From a virus (taxonomy: Duplodnaviria > Heunggongvirae > Uroviricota > Caudoviricetes), in the IMG/VR virus record IMGVR_UViG_2526164662_000035, positions 1 to 19,618 of that record: a stretch of 19,618 nucleotides of DNA; one strand, written 5' to 3'. The notes beneath the pieces were generated by a model. The model ran no database searches and had not been told where the DNA came from. It saw only the letters and a list, made by a program, of their open reading frames with translations. The translations under genes and the position numbers were made by a program. This document shows, one piece after another, positions 1 to 8,640 of the stretch (position 1 is its first letter; each line of letters opens with the position of its first letter).

Positions 1-852
1 AAGAATCCGTTTGGTGATATCAAATCGGATGGCACGGTGAAAACGGCTCTCGAAAACCTTGATTTAACGGACCTGGGTATCGGTAAAAATATCTCTGGTT
101 CTAACATTAACTTGCTTTCGAGCGCAACAAGTTCTGGTTTTTATGCATACGGCGGTAATACAGACCCGGATTTTGGGATTGATTACGGAATGGTGCTAAC
201 GTTGTTGTATGATTCCGTATCAAAACAACGAGTGCAGATTTATCTTCCGCTAGCAAATTCTGCTGGAGCAACACCAATCATTCGTGCTGTAACCGGCAAC
301 ACTACGATTTGGAAGTATAAGCTCTTTTCTGAAAAATATAAGCCAACGCCAGCAGATGTGGGGATGGGGTCTGGTGCGCCAGCTATCGGTGTCCCATTCT
401 TCTGGCCCTCCGCAGCAATGCCGAATACGGTCATAAGCGAATGGTCTGACATGGTGTTTTTAAAATTTAACGGCGCGTCATTTTCTGCTGCGGTATACCC
501 CAAACTTGCACAGGTGTTCCCTGGACTTACACTTCCCGAAGCTCGAGGCGAATTCCCGCGTATCTGGGATGATGGTCGTGGGGTCGATTCAGGAAGGGCA
601 TTGCTGAGTACTCAGGTGGATGCCATCCGAAATATCACTGGTGAAGTCGGTATTGTTCAATATTTTGGGAATACTACAAATTCTGGTGCGCTTTATTCTG
701 GGGGGGCACAAAACTTAACGAACCTCCAGCCAGGCGGAAGCACTGTTGCTCAAAGTATTCTCTTCAGCGCTGGAAAAGACCCATCGGTATCAATTGCAAA
801 CGAGAACCGACCGCGCAACATCGCATTCAATTTCCTGGTGAGGGCAAAGTAA
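1..852 (+). CDS. Phage (side) tail fiber protein, C-terminal part; 5' end lies outside the window
   Basis: Frame 1 is open from nt 1 to TAA at 850-852. The C-terminal region (FFWPSAAMPNTVISEWSDMVFLKFNGASFSAAVYPKLAQVFPGLTLPEARGEFPRIWDDGRGVDSGRALLSTQVDAIRNITGE) has the hallmarks of the phage tail-collar domain. Its stop overlaps the start of the downstream tfa-like gene (TAATG). Confidence 0.85.
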   Translation, partial: KNPFGDIKSDGTVKTALENLDLTDLGIGKNISGSNINLLSSATSSGFYAYGGNTDPDFGIDYGMVLTLLYDSVSKQRVQIYLPLANSAGATPIIRAVTGNTTIWKYKLFSEKYKPTPADVGMGSGAPAIGVPFFWPSAAMPNTVISEWSDMVFLKFNGASFSAAVYPKLAQVFPGLTLPEARGEFPRIWDDGRGVDSGRALLSTQVDAIRNITGEVGIVQYFGNTTNSGALYSGGAQNLTNLQPGGSTVAQSILFSAGKDPSVSIANENRPRNIAFNFLVRAK

Positions 853-1187
853 TGAAACCTGTCTTTGATGAAAATGGTCTGGCAACGCAGGCCGGTGATA
901 TTCGTTGTTTTTATTACGATGCAGTGACCATGGAATATGCTGGCTGGTCAGATGAATATATTAACGCTGGCGTCAGCATGCCGGGTAATTCAACAGATGT
1001 TGATCCAGGTGAAATGGTTGATGGAAAGGTTTTTATGTTCACGGGCATCGGATGGCGACAGGATGAAGATCATCGTGGTGAAACGGTATATTCAACCGAT
1101 GATACCTCATCTTCCACTATAGATTATATCGGCCCAGTCAGGAAGGGGTACACAACTGTTGCGCCATCAGGACCATATCAAAAGTAG
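852..1187 (+). CDS. tfa: Tail fiber assembly protein (Tfa), N-terminal 111 aa, ending at an in-frame TAG
   Basis: ATG at 852 overlaps the tail fiber stop. The product ends ...EDHRGETVYS...SGPYQK, matching the conserved mid-region of lambda-type Tfa chaperones (...EDHRGKTVY...GEYQKW...). At 111 aa it is about 80 aa shorter than typical Tfa proteins. Confidence 0.8.
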   Translation: MKPVFDENGLATQAGDIRCFYYDAVTMEYAGWSDEYINAGVSMPGNSTDVDPGEMVDGKVFMFTGIGWRQDEDHRGETVYSTDDTSSSTIDYIGPVRKGYTTVAPSGPYQK

Positions 1188-1442
1188 GGACGGCAAAAAG
1201 TAGGGTAACGAGATACTGACACACAGCACGTTGCCGATGTTGAAGCCGCTGAACAGAAGAAGGCTGCGTTACTGGCTGAAGCGCAGGATAAAATAAGTCT
1301 CTGGCAGACAGAATTGCGACTGGACATCATCAGTGATGGGGATAAGGAAAGTCTGATTGCGTGGGTGCAGTACATAAAAGCCATTCAGGCTATAGATACT
1401 TCATCTGCGCCAAATATCAACTGGCCCACCGAACCAGAATAG
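1188..1442 (+). pseudogene. tfa: Tfa C-terminal conserved domain, in the same frame as the N-terminal part but cut off by TAG (1185-1187) and TAA (1206-1208)
   Basis: Same frame as 852-1187. Codons 1209-1439 translate to RDTDTQHVADVEAAEQKKAALLAEAQDKISLWQTELRLDIISDGDKESLIAWVQYIKAIQAIDTSSAPNINWPTEPE, the typical Tfa C-terminus (...LLAEA...W..Y...L..VDTS.AP.I.WP). No start codon of its own. The two stops sit in an imperfect 14-15 bp tandem repeat (caaaagtaggga / caaaaagtagggta). Confidence 0.65.
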
Positions 1443-1589
1443 GAACGTTTGGGGAAGAGTTAGATTAAGGGATGAACTAATTGATGATTAATGCTTTTAA
1501 TTACAAAAGTGTAACTGGAGGTGTATTATTATAAAATAAAAAACGAAGCGTGAGAAGGGGCAAAATAGACAATGGCAGCGCTTTTTATT

Positions 1590-1618
1590 TGTGCTTTGAG
1601 TGTTTAACTCAAAGCACA
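1590..1618. terminator. Perfect 12-bp stem hairpin (TGTGCTTTGAGT-gttta-ACTCAAAGCACA) in the intergenic region, possible bidirectional terminator
   Basis: Perfect inverted repeat read directly. T-rich on the upstream + side (gcgctttttattt) and moderately T-rich downstream. Lies between the tfa remnant and the 3' end of the minus-strand acyltransferase. Confidence 0.35.
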
Positions 1619-1871
1619 TGTTCTAAATTATTTACTTTCGTATTTAAGGGGGTTAGGTTATGACCATTTGGTCAAACAAAACGTTTTAAAAATTCTGCGA
1701 TGGGTTTTTCTATGTACATATGAATGACGCTGCCAGGCGCACAAACTTATTATAAAGTATATTCCAATATATAGGAATACATTGGAATAATCAATAAGTC
1801 CGAAAGACACAAACATATATGATACCCAAGCTGTAATCAAACCATGCGTCAAATATATACTATATGAAGCA

Positions 1872-2764
1872 TCACCGACGGAAAATAATAAGTTTAGCCG
1901 GTTTTATTTTACCTTCAAGGCTCAACGCTGCCCAGACACCATAAAAAGCGAAAAACCCCCATATCAAAGGACGATGCCATTCCCCCCCCATGTTTGTTGT
2001 AATATTAAAGTATTCACATAATAAGAATGTGGGAATAAACAAAGTTAATATTGTAAGCGCAATTGTTTTTTTTAACATAGCGCCCAGTAAGTATAATCGA
2101 TACATAAACATACCCATAGCAAATACGACCATTTCTGGTCTTGCCAGTGTTTTCATGAACGGAAGAATTTCGAATATGATGCTGTTATTTTGATAAGTTA
2201 AAATATTAGCTACTATGGATATAGTTAAAAATAAGATCTCTATATACTCTAACCTTGATAATTTGATAGCAATAAAAAATGCAAAAGAAGTATAAAACAA
2301 AAATTCAAGTTGTAATGTCCAACCTATACTTAGAATTGCATCGCGATGCCAGTGAGTGAATGTAATACTCTCAAGATACCATTGAAGACTGATTTTTGTT
2401 TCGGGCCACCAATAAGCAATAGGTGGAGTTGGGGAAGATATATAATGTTTTACTATGAAGGCTGATAGAACGCAAAGGGCGGTAATTAAAGCATATACCG
2501 GGATTATTCTTATTACTCTTCGCATAAAAAAGTTCCCTGCAGATATTTTGAATTCTCCTTCTGATTGAGAGCCACCATATGCTACGTAAGGTATAATAAA
2601 CCACTAATTATGAAAAATATAATAACGCCAAATCCTCCCAGAGATGCAAGGATTTCGATATTCCCAATGCCATATTGTCCAAGTTCGGCATGTGCCAAAA
2701 CCACCATAGCTGCAGCAATAAACCTTAGTGCTTGTATATTGAAAAGCGTTTTTCTTTTATTCAT
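1872..2764 (-). pseudogene. Acyltransferase family 3 (OafA/Oac-like, O-antigen acetyltransferase type) membrane protein, frameshifted near 2525-2585
   Basis: ORF 2582-2764 starts MNKRKTLFNIQALRFIAAAMVVLAHA...FFIISGLLYLT (typical acyltransferase-3 N-terminus). ORF 1872-2525 in another frame carries the signature RRVIRIIPVY and is strongly hydrophobic. My translation shows the second frame is open upstream to a stop at 2604-2606, so the break is a single frame shift around 2580-2590. The hydrophobic ORF 1658-1852 may be a further degraded 3' piece. The region is markedly AT-rich compared with the flanking tail genes. Confidence 0.7.
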
Positions 2765-2880
2765 TTATATACTGACCCAATTTTGTAATTATGAAACTTT
2801 AATTGATAAGGTAAGCATACTAAATAACTGATAAAAATAATAGATCAATTGAAGGGAACACAATCAGGGTTGTGCCATCT

Positions 2881-3176
2881 GCTAAACTCCAAATATTAAA
2901 AATCACTAATACCAGAGCACTAATGGGGCTCTCCATGATGTACTGGGGACAATTGGACAAAATGGAAAGGGAAATGATTGTTGAGCGAACGCAGGCGGGA
3001 TTAGCTGAGCACTCACTGGAGGTTGGATAGGTAGCCGTAGGCCAAACCTAACAGATGAACAATGGGCGCAGGCCGGGCGATTAATTGCATCAGGCGTTCC
3101 TCGCCAGAAGGTGGCGATCATCTATGATGTTGGTATATCGACACTGTATAAGAAGTTTCCGGTCGGAGATAAATGA
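2881..3176 (+). pseudogene. DNA invertase (Gin/Pin/Hin/Cin family serine recombinase), C-terminal remnant with a -1 frameshift and no catalytic N-terminal domain
   Basis: Frame 1 (2923-3030) reads MGLSMMYWGQLDKMEREMIVERTQAGLAEHSLEVG*. Frame 0 (3021-3176) reads GWIGSRRPNLTDEQWAQAGRLIASGVPRQKVAIIYDVGISTLYKKFPVGDK*, nearly the same as the Gin/Pin C-terminal HTH region (GRIGGRRPKLTPEQWAQAGRLIAAGTPRQKVAIIYDVGVSTLYKRFPAGDK, recalled from memory). The N-terminal ~120 aa with the catalytic serine is absent. Confidence 0.8.
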
Positions 3177-3236
3177 AACCGTAGCACGTCGTATGCAAGA
3201 AGATCGTGCTGCGGTTTATGCTTATCACTTAAAGAC

Positions 3237-4106
<870 letters not shown>

Positions 4107-4190
4107 CTAACCCTTTGAATTTACATAGCGCAAAAAGATACCTTTCCTCATAATGTGAGCTAATTTTATGTTTCGTTTGATGATCGGGTC

Positions 4191-4251
4191 GGTCTCGAAA
4201 ACCGGAGTAGGGGCAACTCTACTGGGGGTTCAAATCCCCCTCTCTCCGCCA
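4191..4251 (+). other. 3' fragment (61 nt) of tRNA-Ser(CGA), serU-like; att remnant, probably the prophage attR
   Basis: ggtctcgaaaaccggagtaggggcaactctactgggggttcaaatccccctctctccgcca: anticodon loop CUCGAAA, long variable arm, T-loop GTTCAAATC, acceptor 3' strand plus CCA. The 5' acceptor strand and D-arm are not present upstream, so this is not an intact tRNA gene. Confidence 0.8.
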
Positions 4252-4826
4252 CTTTATCAATGACTTATCTCCCGACTTCCCGCCTTGCTTTTCCTAAACA
4301 GAACAATCGTAGAATATTCTTGAAGGGTTAGATCGTCACTGTTTTCTGTTCGATACTGTGACATTCAGCACTTGATTCGCTATGGATCTGACAGGAAGGT
4401 TTCGAGCGAAAATCTGCAGTTATTCAGTCGTTTTCTTATCGGTCACCATTATTCTTTTAGACATTGATCCTACAAAGCTGCCGCAAAGTTGGTGGTGGGA
4501 ACTGAAGTTGCGTAGAGAAGGGGTCAATACCCGGAGGCACACATGGGCTGGCAAAAGTGTAGCGGTATTAGGCGCAGCTATTTAGCCTAGTTATGTTTTA
4601 TGAAAACTTGATATCATATAAGTGTCTTACTTATTGGCTGTAAATAAGTTTTTCCTAAGGAATTGTTTCTTGAGTATCATTTGTAACTGTAACGGAATTT
4701 ATAATCCTTTGCTTTATTGTTACGGTATTTTTTATCACACCCTATTTTTTATGTGGTTTTTTATACTGAAGTTTGGCAAAGTGAACTTTATATGCATATA
4801 CTTCATCCTGGTTTCAGTTAAATTGG

Positions 4827-5579
4827 GTGGATGATATGGCAACTACATGTTCAGTTATATTGATTTTGGAGTCCTTTGATATTTATTTCGGAAAAGAGAG
4901 TGTGTTTCTGGAGAGAGGTTCATCTGTACTTGTCGACTCTAGCTCTAGAGATTTTTTCCTGACATATCCTGAAAGAGTGATAGTGGCGGATTTTGGCGCT
5001 GAGTTTATTAGTCGCTATTTGAAAGCTAATAACTTAAGGGATATTTCTGATTGTAGGGAATATCCATCTTATTTAAAAATAAACTTTGCTGACTTCAGTT
5101 TAATTAAAGGATTAATTAGTTGGGCTAATCACTGTGCTGAATACATAGAAATTTTTGATGAGTCTATTGCTTTTACATGTCTCTCTGCATTTTCTTCTGA
5201 AAAACAATTTGGAGTATTTCTGTTTGGATGTTTGAAAAGCACAGGGGCTAAAGTTAAAACGATTATTCATACGGATTTATCTGCACCATGGCGTCTTAAG
5301 GATATATCATCAAGATTATATCTCAGCGAAAGTTTACTAAAGAGGAAATTGAAAGAAGAGGGGATATCATTCAGTAAGATCATACTTGATGAGAGGATGC
5401 AAATGGCTGAATATTTACTCAGCACTCGTTGTTATCCTATTAGTAAAGTAGCTAAGGTCTGTGGTTATGCCAGTGTCTCATACTTTACTTATGTATTTAG
5501 ACGTTATTTTGGTGTTTCTCCAAGTCAATACTCTCAGAGGAGTTCAGAAAGTAAAATTCTTACTCACCAGGGAATCTGA
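4827..5579 (+). CDS. AraC/XylS-family transcriptional regulator (AppY/GadX/Rns-like; low GC)
   Basis: C-terminal double-HTH signature: ...LSAPWRLKDISSRLYLSESLLKRKLKEEGISFSKIILDERMQMAEYLLSTRCYPISKVAKVCGYASVSYFTYVFRRYFGVSPSQYSQR. About 250 aa, like AppY-type regulators. The ATG at 4836 has better spacing to GGTGG and may be the true start. Confidence 0.85.
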   Translation: MDDMATTCSVILILESFDIYFGKESVFLERGSSVLVDSSSRDFFLTYPERVIVADFGAEFISRYLKANNLRDISDCREYPSYLKINFADFSLIKGLISWANHCAEYIEIFDESIAFTCLSAFSSEKQFGVFLFGCLKSTGAKVKTIIHTDLSAPWRLKDISSRLYLSESLLKRKLKEEGISFSKIILDERMQMAEYLLSTRCYPISKVAKVCGYASVSYFTYVFRRYFGVSPSQYSQRSSESKILTHQGI

Positions 5580-5584
5580 TCATT

Positions 5585-5850
5585 GTTCTTGCCCCCTTAT
5601 TTCCAGACAGGGGGTGTATCTTAAGTTAACGTTACCCGCTGACGTCGATATTCTCGCGGAGAGCGATAACCCAACGCACTGTGCGGATGGTTTTCATTGT
5701 AATGTTCGATCGCCACTGCAAGATTATGCAATGCCGTTCTTACATTCGGTTTCGGCATGAACGCGATGTAGTCTTCCTTCATCGTTTTCACGAATCTTTC
5801 TGCCATTCCATTACTCTGAGGACTGCTGATTACCCATGAGGAGTACAATT
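5585..5850 (-). mobile_element. Truncated IS2-like (IS3 family) element: 3' end of the orfB transposase plus the terminal inverted repeat
   Basis: Minus-strand ORF 5621-5848 translates to ...[63 protein letters not shown], the C-terminus of IS2 OrfB. Beyond its stop the minus strand reads ...CTGTCTGGAAATAAGGGGGCAAG, matching the IS2 terminal repeat (TGTCTGGAAATATAGGGGCAAATCCA, from memory). Only ~265 bp of the IS is present, abutting the AraC gene stop. Confidence 0.8.
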
Positions 5851-6068
5851 AAACGGGTTAATCAGTTTCTCCATTTGAAAGAAAAAAGACTTCTGTACTG
5901 TTTGATATCACCGCTATTTTCTTATTTTCTGTGCAGGTCGTAGTGGGACAAAACTGAGACACATAAGGCCTCACAATGGCTTGCAAGGCTTTACATGTTT
6001 TGATGTGGTGGGACGTGTGAGCGCAGTGTTGATGGGGTAATACTTTGAATTAGAAGCGGATTCTTATG

Positions 6069-6114
6069 ATTCGTAATGCGAAGGTCGTAGGTTCGACTCC
6101 TATTATCGGCACCA
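6069..6114 (+). other. 3' fragment (46 nt) of tRNA-Thr (thrW-like); att site
   Basis: attcgtaatgcgaaggtcgtaggttcgactcctattatcggcacca matches the 3' 46 nt of E. coli thrW including CCA. The 5' half of the tRNA is not present upstream. A 46-bp thrW core is what I recall for P22-type attachment sites. Confidence 0.85.
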
Positions 6115-6721
6115 TCAAGAAAATCAATAACTTAGCTTAACTTCTCTAAGAAATTGTATCTTCTGTTATCACTTACAAACGCCTATACGTTGTTATGGGC
6201 TTTGGTAGTGTAACACGTATGGGCGAGTAGTTCCCAGGCTCAACCTCGTAACAAGTTCCTTTGAAGCTGGAAGACGTGCCACCGTCTCTAAACCTTCTAC
6301 CAAAACTCTTAGCAAGATGTTCCACACCTGGCGCGGTGTCCAATGATGCTACACGTCGAGATGACGTCGCAGAGGATAAACAGGCTAAATGATGGGAAGA
6401 GTTTTAAGTGCAATAGTGGATTAAAGCCCACCTCTTCAAAACCTAACTTGATCGGGAAAGAATCAAGCTCTAGCACGGTTTCGTCCACCGGAGTACAACG
6501 GGTGCCTGATAAGAGAAGAACTGCTAAGACTTCATAGCTTTTGTGAAAAAGCCCTTTTTAGTGGATATGCCTACGGCGCTTATTTTTTGGTATAACCATC
6601 AAAGGCGCTTTATGGCTCCTATTGTCTTGAAAATGTATCTTTACTTGTATTGTGTTTTATGCGTAGTCTCCCTGTGTAGTATGTAACTTGTTAATTTTCA
6701 TATGAATACAGAGGCAACACG

Positions 6722-6874
6722 ATGAAAAACATTGCAGCTATAAAACGTAATAACCGCAAGATTCACGCTCGTAAGTTCCTGTCTACGCCAGAGGGAAAAG
6801 CCTGGCTAGAGCGTAAACAGCGAGAGAACGAAGAAAGAAAACTCCTTAGTGAGTTGAAATGGCTTAAGGATTGA
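6722..6874 (+). CDS. Small basic protein (50 aa), hypothetical
   Basis: ATG with AGAGG 9 nt upstream. Product MKNIAAIKRNNRKIHARKFLSTPEGKAWLERKQRENEERKLLSELKWLKD. Followed by a long hairpin at 6884-6927. Below the 60-aa cutoff of the supplied ORF track. Confidence 0.35.
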   Translation: MKNIAAIKRNNRKIHARKFLSTPEGKAWLERKQRENEERKLLSELKWLKD

Positions 6875-6883
6875 ATCACCAGT

Positions 6884-6927
6884 AGGCGCATAACACATCC
6901 AGCAATCAAAGATGTGTTTGTGCGCCT
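6884..6927 (+). terminator. Long imperfect hairpin (AGGCGCATAACACATC ... GATGTGTTTGTGCGCCT) after the small ORF; possible terminator or RNA structure
   Basis: Stem of ~16 bp with an 11-nt loop read directly. The T-run (agttttttag) is ~20 nt downstream, so it is not a canonical intrinsic terminator. Confidence 0.3.
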
Positions 6928-7424
6928 GATAGTGAAATTATTAAAGTTTTTTAGTTAATGTAGCCATTGCATGAACGATGATCGCTAGTGAATCGATTTT
7001 ATCTCGAGGGGTAAAATAGATGAGGTATATGATGGTAACAATTACAGCTAAAGTAATTGTGGTTCTGCAGGTTTTTAAAATGGATAAGATAAAGCGCATA
7101 GATACCCCCTATTGATTTAACAACAACAAGGTATCATTTATTTTTTATTGCATGCAATGTGCAAATTTTCACATATAATAGCTTACTATTCACTTTGCAT
7201 GGTGTCAACAAGATGATGTGTTGTTTTGTTTGATTTGTTCAAGATAATATTTCATTTTCTCATCTATATAACTTGTGTTTTAGATAATTTCACTAATTGT
7301 AAAAGTTACGTATTGCTTAATAGCTGCCTTTTTATCTGAAATCGGCGCAAACGTGATCAATGTTTAACGCGAAGATCAGCGGCGTCAGGTCCACGCAGCG
7401 ACAATTCTCAAATATCAGGAGGCA

Positions 7425-7982
7425 TTACGCTTCCTGCTCTTTCTTGATACGTTGCACCGTCTGTGTGCTGACACTGAAATCTTTTGCTACGCTCCGAATT
7501 GATCCACCATTCGCGAGAGCGGCAACAATTCCCGCTCGATCAATTGCTTTTCCATTACCACGTTTTGCTATACGTCCAGCGGCCTTAGCTGCGGCAATCC
7601 CCTCACGTTGCCGCTCAAGCATCATTTCACGTTCCATTTGTGCCACTGCTGCAAGCACTGTGAGCATCATATTCCCTGCGGGAGAGTTCTTCCCTGTCTT
7701 AAAGTCTTCTTTATGGAAATGCACAGACACGCCGCGCTCTGTTAATTGCTCAACCGTTGCCAGTAGGTCGGCTGTATTACGGCAAAGTCGATCAATGCTG
7801 TGAACATGCAAAACATCACCTTCACGCACATAGTTCATCATTGCCTCAAACTGTGGGCGCTGGGTATTCTTGCCTGACGCTTTATCTTCAAAGACTTTAT
7901 CAAGAGTTACTCCAGCTAATTGACGGTCTGTGTTTTGTTGGACAGTCGATACCCTAATGTATCCAATATTAGCCATTTTCAT
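7425..7982 (-). CDS. Small serine recombinase (resolvase/invertase family, 185 aa)
   Basis: N-terminal catalytic motif GYIRVSTVQQNTDRQ with the conserved Ser, a central ...DRLCRNTADLL... segment, and a C-terminal HTH (GGSIRSVAKDFSVSTQTVQRIKK). Length and layout match gamma-delta/Tn3 TnpR-type resolvases. GGAA lies upstream of the ATG. Confidence 0.9.
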   Translation of the reverse strand: MKMANIGYIRVSTVQQNTDRQLAGVTLDKVFEDKASGKNTQRPQFEAMMNYVREGDVLHVHSIDRLCRNTADLLATVEQLTERGVSVHFHKEDFKTGKNSPAGNMMLTVLAAVAQMEREMMLERQREGIAAAKAAGRIAKRGNGKAIDRAGIVAALANGGSIRSVAKDFSVSTQTVQRIKKEQEA

Positions 7983-7990
7983 TTTCCTTC

Positions 7991-8107
7991 TGTGTTGATT
8001 TGTGTGTAGTGATTATTGATCGTGTTGATTAGGTGTGTAAATGACTTTTTTCACTACGAAATTCGAAGGTTTTTAGTGTGGTGATTTAGCCTGCTTTATC
8101 ACTACAC
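7991..8107. promoter_or_regulatory. Cluster of GTGT(A/G/T)G(T)GATT motifs in both orientations just upstream of the serine recombinase; candidate res/operator site
   Basis: TGTGTTGATT (7991-8000), GTGTAGTGATT (8004-8014), GTGTTGATT (8022-8030), GTGTGGTGATT (8077-8087), and inverted ATCACTACAC (8098-8107) and TCACTAC (8051-8057). Multi-subsite res sites sit immediately upstream of resolvase genes in Tn3-family systems. Confidence 0.4.
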
Positions 8108-8504
8108 GTCTTGCATGAGAATCATGTAGTTATGCTTTGGTAAAATTAGCAAGCTATTAAATAGCGTGTTTATTTTGAAAAAATTAATTTTTTCAACACG
8201 TGAAAGGAACTTGTTCGACAAATAATAGATTGATTTTTAATCAACAATTTCTGATAGTGCTCTGTAAGCCACATTACACAAGGCGCAGCGAAAGTGATGT
8301 AAAAGTGAAGAAAGCTAACATTGCACTTTTAAGCTACTTTTCATTGAATTTTTAGTATGGAATTACATAGGGATTAATCATCAATTAATCTTGAATTTAA
8401 GCCTGTTTTAGATGTTTAATTTTTGATAGCAAGAAACACTTTTAGAAGATCATTGCACAGATGTTATGTGATAAATGGATGTAACGGTAGGTCACTGTGA
8501 ACTA

Positions 8505-8640
8505 CCCCCCACAGAATTCTGTTATCCTTAACTTTTAAAGAAATATGCACCCTAACAGAAAACTGTTACCCCAACCCTAACAGAATTATGTTAGACACCC
8601 CCACAGAAAACTGTTAGCCACCCCTACAGAATTTTGTTAC
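8505..8640 (+). repeat. Array of five phased iterons, each a palindrome CCC-(T)AACAG-N4-CTGTTA, spaced ~23 bp (first one 44 bp upstream)
   Basis: Copies centred on ACAGAATTCTGT (8511-8522), TAACAGAAAACTGTTA (8553-8568), TAACAGAATTATGTTA (8578-8593), CACAGAAAACTGTTA (8602-8616), TACAGAATTTTGTTA (8625-8639). ACAG start positions 8511, 8555, 8580, 8603, 8626. Each is preceded by a short C-run. An AT-rich tract follows at ~8641-8720. Confidence 0.8.

Noticed and set aside
240-503. 87-aa ORF on the minus strand inside the tail fiber gene
   Set aside because: Entirely antisense to a well-supported tail fiber coding region, with no ribosome-binding site or motif. Same reasoning for 937-1122 (+, alternative frame inside tfa) and 1178-1384 (-, antisense to the Tfa C-terminal remnant).
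4382-4834. ORFs 4382-4585 (+) and 4622-4834 (+) between the tRNA-Ser fragment and the AraC gene
   Set aside because: No ribosome-binding site and low-complexity hydrophobic translation of AT-rich DNA; more likely promoter/leader of the AraC-family gene. ORFs 5461-5760 (+) and 6343-6537 (+) are rejected on the same grounds (overlap with the AraC gene/IS fragment, or no translation signals).
7020-7115. 31-aa hydrophobic ORF (MRYMMVTITAKVIVVLQVFKMDKIKRIDTPY) as a type I toxin-like peptide
   Set aside because: Too short and unsupported; no adjacent antisense RNA features that I can see, and no similarity to Hok/Ldr/Ibs-type peptides that I recognise.
7360-7957. ORFs 7360-7803 (+) and 7757-7957 (+) overlapping the serine recombinase
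   Set aside because: Antisense to a gene with clear catalytic motifs. The Arg/Ser/Ala-rich composition is what a reverse frame of a GC-richer gene typically gives.
8505-8640. Iteron array as a CRISPR array
   Set aside because: The units are only ~16 bp with 7-8 bp between them, far below CRISPR repeat and spacer sizes, and no cas genes are present.
8505-8640. Iterons as LexA (SOS) boxes
   Set aside because: They contain ACAG and CTGT, but as ACAG-N4-CTGT; LexA boxes are CTGT-N8-ACAG, so the half-site order and spacing are wrong.
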